Source: Candidatus Jordarchaeales archaeon (lineage in GTDB: Archaea > Asgardarchaeota > Jordiarchaeia > Jordiarchaeales > Freyrarchaeaceae). From it: 32,000 nt of DNA. The notes below the pieces were generated by a model that saw only the letters and a program-made list of their open reading frames with translations, ran no database searches and was not told the DNA's origin. The position numbers and the translations under genes were made by a program. Positions 1-7,283 of the stretch are shown piece after piece (position 1 is the stretch's first letter; every line of letters begins with the position of its first letter). The DNA is taken from positions 734,499 through 766,498 of the forward strand of contig JAWAHN010000001.1 of the NCBI GenBank assembly GCA_038889235.1, written 5' to 3'.

Positions 1-643
1 CGGGCATTTGGAGATTTCCGTGAGTTATTGGATTGTCGATGTCTATCGTAATATGCTTCCATGGTTCATGTGGAATGAAGGCGTCAACATCTTCTTGGTT
101 GGGGAGTAACACTGGTTGAGCCGTGTGGCTTAGGACGAAACCTTCAAGGCAAACCATTACTGGAAGAAGAACCTCTGGGTCCTCTGCTATTTTATATGCT
201 TGAAGAATTGTGTCGAAAGCTTCCTGATGGTTGCTTGTATAAATTTGAATCCATCCTGTATCCCTCTGAGATATCGAGTCGCCATGTTCAGCCCAAATGT
301 TCCAAGGCGGACCTATGGCACGGTTCACTACGGCCATAACTATCGGAAGCCTAGTTGCTGAAGCCCAATGAAGCATTTCGTGCATGTAGGCCAGTCCATG
401 ACTACAAGTGGCTGTAAATGTCCTTACTCCAGCTAAACTTGCTCCTATACATGCCGCCATAGCTGAGTGCTCTGACTCGACAGGCACAAAGACCGCATCC
501 AACTCACCGCTTAGAATGAACTCCGCCAGTTTTTCCACAATCTGAGTCTGGGGGGTTATAGGATAACATGAGACAAAACGCGCCCTAGCCATTTTGACAG
601 CATACGCGACAGCGTGATTCCCCGTCAAAATTAAAGTTTCCAT
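1..643 (-). CDS. porA: Pyruvate/2-oxoacid:ferredoxin oxidoreductase alpha subunit (partial, runs off the window's left edge)
   Basis: Absent from the ORF track. Hand translation from ATG at 643 gives METLILTGNHAVAYAVKMARARFVSCYPITPQTQIVEKLAE...ESEHSAMAACIGAS...TATCSHGLAYMHEM, with the family motifs YPITPQ and ESEHSA. Directly downstream of the gamma-delta gene. Confidence 0.93.
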   Translation of the reverse strand, partial: METLILTGNHAVAYAVKMARARFVSCYPITPQTQIVEKLAEFILSGELDAVFVPVESEHSAMAACIGASLAGVRTFTATCSHGLAYMHEMLHWASATRLPIVMAVVNRAIGPPWNIWAEHGDSISQRDTGWIQIYTSNHQEAFDTILQAYKIAEDPEVLLPVMVCLEGFVLSHTAQPVLLPNQEDVDAFIPHEPWKHITIDIDNPITHGNLQMP

Positions 644-659
644 GAACACACCCCTCTTC

Positions 660-1574
660 CTATTTTTTCTCATCAACAACCATGCGTATAGCCTTCCTCG
701 GACACTCGTTAAAACATACGCCGCAGCCTTTGCAGTAGTCGTAATCTATCTCGGGAAAGCCTTCTTCGTTAACATTTACTGCTGCTTCAGGGCAGTACAT
801 CCAGCAAAAGAGACACTTAGTGCATTTTTCTTTATCAATTACCGGCATATGTGTACGCCAGTCACCTGTTTTACCAATACTTCCTTTACTTGGAGTCGAG
901 ACGGGGACTGGTGGTAGGTCGGTCCAGTGGCGGAATTCAGGTATTCTTTCGGGTCTTGAGGGGGGAACGGGAGGGATGTATTGTTCAGGGGTTATATGAA
1001 CCTTTAACGTGGAATAATAAGCTTTCTCTATGGCTTTCATGTTTTTCTCAACTAACACTGATTCAAAGGACGATTCTACTGCTTTCCTAAGGCCTTTGAG
1101 ACTTATGAGTCCTGTAGCCTTGGCAAATGCACCCAGCATTGGCATAGCTAAAACATATAATCCAGCAGCTTGCAGGCCCAGTTCTAGGCATATTGAGGTA
1201 GCATCAACTACATAGACAAGACATTCCTCTGGTACACGGATAGACGGAATGACTTTTGTGCCAGCAGTATTAATTATAAGGAAGCCACTCTTTTTCAGCC
1301 CACGAATGACAACATTGTTATTTCTGGTTATCATTGAGGGGTCGACTACGACCACGGCGTCCGGTGAGTAAACTTGGGAATGCAGTAAGATAGGCGTACG
1401 GGAAATCCTGTTGTAAGCTTCTATTTGTGCACCTCTCCTCTCGGCTCCAATCCATGGAATGGATTGGACCCCTGCAAAACCTTCATTGAAAGCGGCAATC
1501 GCAAGTATTCTAGATGCTGTGACTACTCCTTGTCCGCCACGGCCATGCCATCTTACTTCGAACATTTCGTGCAT
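660..1574 (-). CDS. 2-oxoacid:ferredoxin oxidoreductase fused gamma + delta subunit
   Basis: N-terminal RWHGRGGQGVVTA gamma domain; C-terminal GKTGDWRT...CTKCLFCWMYCP...CKGCGVCFNECP 2x[4Fe-4S] delta domain. Confidence 0.92.
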   Translation of the reverse strand: MHEMFEVRWHGRGGQGVVTASRILAIAAFNEGFAGVQSIPWIGAERRGAQIEAYNRISRTPILLHSQVYSPDAVVVVDPSMITRNNNVVIRGLKKSGFLIINTAGTKVIPSIRVPEECLVYVVDATSICLELGLQAAGLYVLAMPMLGAFAKATGLISLKGLRKAVESSFESVLVEKNMKAIEKAYYSTLKVHITPEQYIPPVPPSRPERIPEFRHWTDLPPVPVSTPSKGSIGKTGDWRTHMPVIDKEKCTKCLFCWMYCPEAAVNVNEEGFPEIDYDYCKGCGVCFNECPRKAIRMVVDEKK

Positions 1575-1589
1575 ATAGGATCCCTTCTT

Positions 1590-2516
1590 CTAGAAGAAGA
1601 GCGTTTTTCCATCAAGTTCAGCTACTTTTTCAAGCTTCTTGTCGATTATTTCCTGAAGAGACTTTATTTCTTCATCACTCATCCTGCTAAAACGTTCTTG
1701 CGCCCTGATATATTCTCTCACTGGAATACGTTTCTCGGGCTTCTCTATAATGGTTCTGCTCGGCGGGCTTAGGCGGAAAACGCCATTTTCAACTTCGTAT
1801 AAAAGCCACATTCCAGATTGGACAGCCAACCTACCGATTTTAACCGTTAATCCGGTGTCGAAGCGCCATCCCGGAGGACATGGAACTAAGATGTGGATGT
1901 ATCTCATACCTTTAATGTTCTTGGCTTTCTTGGTTTTATTGTAAATATCGATAGGGTATGAAGAGCACGTTGTAGCCACGTAAGGAATCCTGTGAGCAGC
2001 CATGATTAACGCCATATCCTTCTTATTTTCCTTTTTACCCAGAGGAGTTGTTGTGGTCCAGGCTCCTGCAGGTGTGCTCCCGCTTCTCTGCGTTCCAGTA
2101 TTCATGTATGCCTCATTGTCGTAACAGAAGTAAATGTAATCCGTGTTTCTTTCGGCGGTCCCGGAAAGACTTGAAACACCTATGTCTGCTGTCCCTCCAT
2201 CACCAGCCCAACAAACCACCGTAACGTCTTTTTCTCCTCGAGCAGCTAAACCACCCACTATTCCGGATGCAGCAGCAGGTCCTGCTGCGAAAGCCATTTG
2301 GATGTACGGAACGCTTATCGCTGTTCGCGGATAGAGGCCGACATAAACACAACCACAAGAAGCAGGGTTAACTATAACCGTTCTCTTGCCTAAAGCTTTT
2401 AAAATCCACCTTAAAGCCAATGTCGAGCCGCAACCCTGACAAGCAGAGTTACCTGGCAACACATATTCTTCTGGTGCTTCTTGATAGATTTTTCTTGCAG
2501 ACAAACTGTGGTACAC
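1590..2516 (-). CDS. porB: 2-oxoacid:ferredoxin oxidoreductase beta subunit (TPP-binding)
   Basis: ACQGCG, GDGGTADIG, YDNEAYMNTGTQRS and PCPPGW motifs. Substrate (pyruvate vs branched-chain oxoacid) cannot be fixed from sequence alone. Confidence 0.92.
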   Translation of the reverse strand: MYHSLSARKIYQEAPEEYVLPGNSACQGCGSTLALRWILKALGKRTVIVNPASCGCVYVGLYPRTAISVPYIQMAFAAGPAAASGIVGGLAARGEKDVTVVCWAGDGGTADIGVSSLSGTAERNTDYIYFCYDNEAYMNTGTQRSGSTPAGAWTTTTPLGKKENKKDMALIMAAHRIPYVATTCSSYPIDIYNKTKKAKNIKGMRYIHILVPCPPGWRFDTGLTVKIGRLAVQSGMWLLYEVENGVFRLSPPSRTIIEKPEKRIPVREYIRAQERFSRMSDEEIKSLQEIIDKKLEKVAELDGKTLFF

Positions 2517-2725
2517 CCTCTTGAAAAGTTTAGAAAAACGAGAAAAGGGGCTATTTAAAAAAATTATGGGGAAATATTCCTAGCTTGCCTTTGGGAGGCA
2601 CATTAAAACGAGTTGAAATGTTTAAGAGGTTTTGAGCCGAAGAGATAAATTTTTAGAGTTAGCTTCAGTACCTTTTAAAGAGAAAGGAATTTGTCGATTT
2701 GCTTTTTCCGACATGCGAGGTGAAC

Positions 2726-3163
2726 ATGATGAGTACTACTACGTCCGTCAATTTTTTCAAAGATCTGGCAAGCATGGTAGGTAAAAAGGTTAAAGTCAAC
2801 CTCGAAGATGGTAGAACGTACACTGGGAACCTAAGGAGTTATGAAGTCAACACTTTGAGTTTATGCCTAACAGACGCCGAGGATGGTAAAGGGAATACCT
2901 ACAAGAAAGTTTTCATTAAAGGGGACAAAATCGTGGACTTCTTTCAGATAGAAAAAGGAATGGACTTGCGAGAACTTTACATGGAAATTAGCAAAGTATT
3001 CCCTCACGGTGATGTGGAGTTTCTCGAAGATAGTAATGTTATACTCGTACTTAAAAAGGTCAAGGTTACTGAGAGCGGCGTAGAAGGAGAGGGGCCTATA
3101 GCAAGAAGAGTTAAGGAAATATATGATAGGTTTATGACGGAAAAAAGAGCGGACACTTCTTAA
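2726..3163 (+). CDS. Sm-like archaeal protein with C-terminal extension (SmAP3-type)
   Basis: Sm fold (GKKVKVNLEDGRTYTGNL...VFIKGDKI) plus a ~70-aa C-terminal alpha/beta domain. Start moved to ATG 2726 behind a GAGGTGA ribosome-binding site (RBS). Confidence 0.85.
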   Translation: MMSTTTSVNFFKDLASMVGKKVKVNLEDGRTYTGNLRSYEVNTLSLCLTDAEDGKGNTYKKVFIKGDKIVDFFQIEKGMDLRELYMEISKVFPHGDVEFLEDSNVILVLKKVKVTESGVEGEGPIARRVKEIYDRFMTEKRADTS

Positions 3164-3468
3164 TTCTCCAGCGATTCTATAGGGTGCAATCTGAACAATG
3201 CGACAGCAACCCATTTTTTATTCGAGTACAAACTCTCTTTGGCCTTTTTAATGCGAAAACTCATACACTGCTTACATGTAGGATGACGTGGATCTAAAGG
3301 GCCGTCACAAGACGCGCAGTGAAGCATTAAAACATGGTGCTCACCTATCTTTGCTTGCAAAAATTCATCTTCGTCACATTCTGGAGAAAACTCAGGCCAT
3401 ATATCATAAATTTGTGGATCACCGAGAACCTCTTTCAACCTCTTAAAAAAACGTTCAAAACTAACCAT
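3160..3468 (-). CDS. Hypothetical protein with CxxC-x10-CxxC, putative zinc-binding
   Basis: 102-aa ORF with a GGAGG RBS upstream; motif CASCDGPLDPRHPTCKQC. Confidence 0.6.
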   Translation of the reverse strand: MVSFERFFKRLKEVLGDPQIYDIWPEFSPECDEDEFLQAKIGEHHVLMLHCASCDGPLDPRHPTCKQCMSFRIKKAKESLYSNKKWVAVALFRLHPIESLEN

Positions 3469-3669
3469 TGGCCTCCCTTCCCGGGAGATTTTTGGAGAAA
3501 TGGGGGTCTTAAGAAACCTTAAATGTTAGTCTTCTCAAGACAACATCTTGCATGTGTAATGAGCGCATATGTAGACGGACGGGGGCATGTGTAAGCGGAG
3601 CTACGATTGAAAAGGTTTAAATTTGCTTTTTACTCATCTCTGAGTAAAGCTTTCTTTGGAGGTAACGAC

Positions 3670-3930
3670 GTGGAGCCTCACGAGGTTATCAAAGCACCAT
3701 TAGCGACTGAGGCTGCTTTCAGGATGATAGAGAAAGAAAACAAACTAGTTTTTATAGTCGACCGAAGGGCCAACAAGAAAGTCATACGTGCTGCTGTAGA
3801 GAAACTTTACGGAGTAAAAGTTGAAAAGGTTAACACGCTTATAACTCCCAGGGGAGAAAAGAAGGCATTCGTTAAGCTTAAGCCAGAATACAGTGCAGCC
3901 GATTTAGCAACAAAAATGGGATTATTCTAA
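3670..3930 (+). CDS. rpl23: 50S ribosomal protein L23 (uL23)
   Basis: [19 protein letters not shown]...[21 protein letters not shown]. Start moved to GTG 3670 after a GGAGGT RBS. Confidence 0.95.
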   Translation: MEPHEVIKAPLATEAAFRMIEKENKLVFIVDRRANKKVIRAAVEKLYGVKVEKVNTLITPRGEKKAFVKLKPEYSAADLATKMGLF

Positions 3931-3944
3931 TCTTCTAGAAGAAT

Positions 3945-4583
3945 ATGCTTATGTCTTCGCATAACATGTACTACTTATTAAACAAACTAAGGGAACTTAA
4001 GGAAAGCAGTGTGAGAGAAATTATTGAAAAAAGAATTAAGGAATTTGAGTCCCTGCCTCCCGAAAAGTGGTTCTCTGAACTTTGCTTTTGTATTCTAACG
4101 GCGAATTCGTCCGCCCAGATAGGTATCAAAGCACAAGAAGTCATAGGAGATGGCTTTCTTTCAATGAGTAAGGAGGAGCTTGCGCTTGTCCTAAAAAAGT
4201 TGGGACATCCGTACTATGTGAAAAGAGCGGAATATATAGTTGAGGCGAGAAAATACAGGGAGATACATAAGATAGTGTCTCAGTTTGGTGATGAGAGACA
4301 GGCAAGGGAGTGGCTTGTTAAGAACATTAAAGGAATAGGGTACAAAGAAGCAAGCCACTTTTTGAGAAATGTAGGTTACAAGAACGTGGCGATAATTGAT
4401 AGACACATACTTAGAGTGATGGTTAGGTACGGATTGATTGAAAAAGTACCTAAAGGACTTACAAAAAAGAAGTATCTCGAACTTGAAAAAATACTTGAAA
4501 GGGTTGCTAGGGAGGCAGGGTTAACATTAGCAGAGCTAGATCTTTACCTTTGGTACATGGACACTGGAAAGGTTCTCAAATAG
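3945..4583 (+). CDS. ogg: 8-oxoguanine DNA glycosylase/AP lyase (archaeal Ogg type)
   Basis: ELCFCILTANS, helix-hairpin-helix IKGIGYKEASHFLRNVG, AIIDRHILR and LDLYLWY motifs. Confidence 0.9.
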   Translation: MLMSSHNMYYLLNKLRELKESSVREIIEKRIKEFESLPPEKWFSELCFCILTANSSAQIGIKAQEVIGDGFLSMSKEELALVLKKLGHPYYVKRAEYIVEARKYREIHKIVSQFGDERQAREWLVKNIKGIGYKEASHFLRNVGYKNVAIIDRHILRVMVRYGLIEKVPKGLTKKKYLELEKILERVAREAGLTLAELDLYLWYMDTGKVLK

Positions 4584-4593
4584 CAACCGTTCT

Positions 4594-5364
4594 TCAAAAA
4601 GTGAGAAGAGTATATGCAATCAAAACAACGGAATACGAGAAAATTAAGGAAAAACTTGTAGATAATTTAGCCGCTTTACGGATTCCAGGCGTTATCAAGA
4701 AAGCTACACCTAGGAGACATACCAACTTAGCTGTTTTGCCAACTTTCCAGAGAAGATATAGGTAGAATTGAGTGGTGGAGAGCTGGAGCACAGGCGGAAG
4801 CGCTGGCATAACGAGTACGCTACTATTGATAGAAGTAATTATTAAGGATACCATCTGACCTAACACTACCAGGACGTATGCGTATCCAACCATAGAGACA
4901 AAAGATTTGAAGCGGACGTCGCGCCCTAGTAATTTGAGGGGAAGCCAATACAGAAAACTGACCAAGAAGAGTTCCAAAAACGCCAAGGAGAGATTGAAGT
5001 AAAATAGGATAATTGGGAGAGAAGAGAGAGAGTCTTTGAAAAAGAGGAAGAAAAGCATATCAGTGAAGAAGATTTTGCCTATCGGAAGTAGGAAGTAAAT
5101 TGTGGAGAGGAAACTGTTTAAAAAGACTACTAACAGTGGACCAAGAAGGTCCGGTGACGATACTATGTCACTGAAAACAACGTTTGGCTTAATCATTCCG
5201 GTGAAAAGCCTATGGTGCACCGAGAGAGGGGTAGCAGGTTTTTCTAATGGTTTTCTTAGAAGAGGGAGCAAGCGTTCAATGATTTCTTCCCCTATTCTAG
5301 CGCCACAATATGGGCAATTGAGTTCGTCTGGCGAAACTTTATTTTTACATTTAGGACACTTCAA
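4594..5364 (-). CDS. Zinc-ribbon + Yip1-family membrane protein
   Basis: N-terminal CPKC...CPYCG zinc ribbon; PDLLGPLL resembles the Yip1 DLxGPL motif; about five hydrophobic segments. Confidence 0.7.
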   Translation of the reverse strand: MKCPKCKNKVSPDELNCPYCGARIGEEIIERLLPLLRKPLEKPATPLSVHHRLFTGMIKPNVVFSDIVSSPDLLGPLLVVFLNSFLSTIYFLLPIGKIFFTDMLFFLFFKDSLSSLPIILFYFNLSLAFLELFLVSFLYWLPLKLLGRDVRFKSFVSMVGYAYVLVVLGQMVSLIITSINSSVLVMPALPPVLQLSTTQFYLYLLWKVGKTAKLVCLLGVAFLITPGIRKAAKLSTSFSLIFSYSVVLIAYTLLTF

Positions 5365-5400
5365 TATTCAGCCCCAGGAGAAATAGTAGGTCATTAAAAT

Positions 5401-6744
5401 TTAAACTATTTCTGTAAGGGAGAGCTTAACATAACCATCATAAGTTAAGGACACAGAAATATGGTAGTATGGGGTCCAAGGTTTAATGCCGCAGACAAGC
5501 GTATAGCCGGCTTCTTCTTGGAACAAGAATATGCGACTTGCTAACCCTTGAACCGCACGCGAAGCCTTTGAACATACACCAACTATACATATATTATCAA
5601 GCGCAAGCGAGTTCAATAAAGAGTATATTAAGGATGAGACTCCACTATTACCCAATGCAACCTCCATGTAATCAAAGTTGAAAAACAGGAGGATGTACTT
5701 CCCCTGTCTCCCTGACAGGAGATCCTTAATATCGCTTGCGATCTTATCTAAATTTAATTCGCCGGAGACTTGAATAGGAAAATACAAGGGGGACATTTTA
5801 AAACAAAGAGGGGGAGGAGTGTGTAAAAGTGGCTCCATGCCTATCGAAAGAACAATTCCTCCGTTATTTATGAAGGACTTGATGATATTTAGAAGAATTA
5901 AGGCACGGATTAATGAGTGAACTTTTACGTCAAAAATCAGGAGATTAAGGCCTTCATTAGACAACCCTCCTAGGAGTCGGTCAAATGATTCTGAACCAAA
6001 GCTTATGAGTTTCTCTCCAAGAACGCCGGTACAAGCACCAGTTTCTAGTGCTAAACCCTGAATTTTATCCAGAATGCTCCTTGGAAGGTTTTCAATATCC
6101 TTCAATGGTCGAGAAAGAGGCAGTAAGCGTCCTCCCAAAATGGTATAGAGAAAGCGTGACTCGCGAATTTTCAGACCACAGAGCTTCTTAACAAAAGCTT
6201 TCCTGATCACTCGTCCATCTTGTTCCTTAACTTCAAGGACGATAACGCCGTCAGCGATTTGCTCTAAGTGCTCGTTTCTTCTAACAGTAACTATGCTACG
6301 AAGACTTGCATGCCTAAGAAATGAGACATAGAGTTCCATGACGGAGACAGGGTCTAAGCCTATTGCGTTAGAAACTCTTTCGAAATCATCAATAAAGATC
6401 AAGGCACTCTTCACTTTCTCGGCCCGCTCGTAGAGGTACCTTAGGAACATAGGAAGGTTTGACCGCAAAACAGCGTCATAGATGTTCTCTTCCTGAGGAA
6501 AAGGAAGATCATTTACATCTATAACCTCACATAAGTAGCGGTTTAAGTCGCTATAGCGGCTAAGCAGAGCAGTACGATCAATTCCACAGGAGACGTAGAA
6601 TCCGCACCCAACATCGCCCACTTCTCTCAGTACTTCAAAACCAAAAGCAGTTTTTCCAGTTCCAGAATCCCCGTAAACAAGCAGGAGGTTATTCCCTTCT
6701 AAACCGAAGAAACTCTTAATAAGTTTAAACAAGGCGTTCACCAA
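5401..6744 (-). CDS. RecA/KaiC-superfamily P-loop ATPase with a degenerate second domain (GvpD/RAD55-like)
   Basis: Walker A GDSGTGKT; Walker B-like LIFIDD; LEQIADGVIVL; the second domain starts SFGSESFDRLLGGL and lacks a Walker A motif. Confidence 0.7.
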   Translation of the reverse strand: MVNALFKLIKSFFGLEGNNLLLVYGDSGTGKTAFGFEVLREVGDVGCGFYVSCGIDRTALLSRYSDLNRYLCEVIDVNDLPFPQEENIYDAVLRSNLPMFLRYLYERAEKVKSALIFIDDFERVSNAIGLDPVSVMELYVSFLRHASLRSIVTVRRNEHLEQIADGVIVLEVKEQDGRVIRKAFVKKLCGLKIRESRFLYTILGGRLLPLSRPLKDIENLPRSILDKIQGLALETGACTGVLGEKLISFGSESFDRLLGGLSNEGLNLLIFDVKVHSLIRALILLNIIKSFINNGGIVLSIGMEPLLHTPPPLCFKMSPLYFPIQVSGELNLDKIASDIKDLLSGRQGKYILLFFNFDYMEVALGNSGVSSLIYSLLNSLALDNICIVGVCSKASRAVQGLASRIFLFQEEAGYTLVCGIKPWTPYYHISVSLTYDGYVKLSLTEIV

Positions 6745-6826
6745 ATCTAAAATTATAACGTGACTGCAAATAAATGCCTGACGCGAAAAATTTGTAAGAG
6801 CATTTTTGAGAAAGTGACACGAAAAA

Positions 6827-6834
6827 TTTAATAA
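6827..6834 (+). promoter_or_regulatory. TATA box of tRNA-Asp gene
   Basis: TTTAATAA preceded by purine-rich CGAAAAA (BRE-like), 26-33 nt upstream of the mature tRNA 5' end. Confidence 0.5.
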
Positions 6835-6859
6835 CCTTTTAAGGTACAGGTTTGCTGTA

Positions 6860-7018
6860 GCCCCGGTGGTGTAGCCACCATAAAGAGGCTGTAACGGCCG
6901 AGCATACGGGACAGTGACAAGCCCCTAATGTCAACGACGGTGGCAGAACTCCCGCGACCCGGGTAGTATATCCATCTGATGGATATACTAGGGATTTCAA
7001 ATCCCGGCCGGGGCGCCA
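6860..7018 (+). tRNA. tRNA-Asp(GUC) with four introns (17/17a, 32/33, 37/38, 53/54)
   Basis: Removing 6877-6894, 6913-6928, 6934-6948 and 6964-6995 gives a 78-nt cloverleaf: GCCCCGGTGGTGTAGCC|CGGCCGAGCATACGGGAC|TGTCA|CTCCCGCGACCCGGG|TTCAAATCCCGGCCGGGGCGCCA. It has a 7-bp acceptor stem, G73, encoded CCA, and the anticodon loop CT-GTC-AC. Each intron forms a BHB or relaxed BHB motif. Confidence 0.88.
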
Positions 7019-7029
7019 CTCCTTTTCTT
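7019..7029 (+). terminator. Pyrimidine/T-rich archaeal terminator after tRNA-Asp
   Basis: CTCCTTTTCTT immediately after CCA; a similar CTTCCTTTTCTC follows tRNA-Glu. Confidence 0.45.
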
Positions 7030-7072
7030 AATCCGTTTCGTTACAATCTCGGCAGTGCAGGTTTACGTAAAT

Positions 7073-7080
7073 TATTTAAG
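7073..7080 (+). promoter_or_regulatory. TATA box of tRNA-Pro gene
   Basis: TATTTAAG 25-32 nt upstream of the mature 5' end. Confidence 0.5.
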
Positions 7081-7104
7081 TTTTGTGATGGGCAAGGTTT
7101 AGTA

Positions 7105-7249
7105 GGGCGGGTGGTCTAGAGCGAGAGCCAGCGGAGAACTTGGTATGATTCCCTCTTTGAGGGAGTAAAACCGGGTTTGGGACCCGGAGGCCCTGGGTTC
7201 AATGCTGTGCATGATTTATGCAGGCGAACAAATCCCAGCCCGCCCACCA
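7105..7249 (+). tRNA. tRNA-Pro(UGG) with three introns (15/16, 25/26, 58/59)
   Basis: Removing 7120-7138, 7150-7169 and 7203-7231 gives 77 nt: GGGCGGGTGGTCTAG|CTTGGTATGAT|ACCGGGTTTGGGACCCGGAGGCCCTGGGTTCAA|ATCCCAGCCCGCCCACCA. The anticodon arm CCGGG-TT-TGG-GA-CCCGG is intact. The 58/59 intron has a perfect GTTC/GAAC central helix. The second intron's boundary is chosen by best BHB fit and could shift by a few nt. Confidence 0.88.
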
Positions 7250-7283
7250 TGCTTATAAAGCATTTTTTGGAGGGAGCTTCGAA

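Noticed and set aside
3550-3620. Three imperfect GCAT(G/A)TGTA(A/G) repeats and a 22-codon Cys-rich ORF upstream of rpl23
   Set aside because: Irregular spacing, short repeats, no RBS; not distinguishable from chance and not CRISPR-like.
6912-6949. Reading the locus as tRNA-His(GUG) with one 31-nt intron at 37/38
   Set aside because: It would put A at the invariant U33, the BHB lacks an inner helix, and the body and G73 are Asp-type.
6964-6990. 12-bp perfect palindrome as a MITE or terminator
   Set aside because: It is the inner helix of the tRNA-Asp 53/54 intron; no target-site duplication or T-run.
6828-7019. 63-aa minus-strand ORF
   Set aside because: It is the antisense of the tRNA-Asp gene; no protein signal.
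7112-7150. tRNA-Pro D-arm (GGTCTAG...GGTATGAT) resembles eukaryotic tRNA-Pro
   Set aside because: GTCT/GAT D-stems also occur in TACK tRNA-Pro, and too few positions differ to claim eukaryotic affinity.
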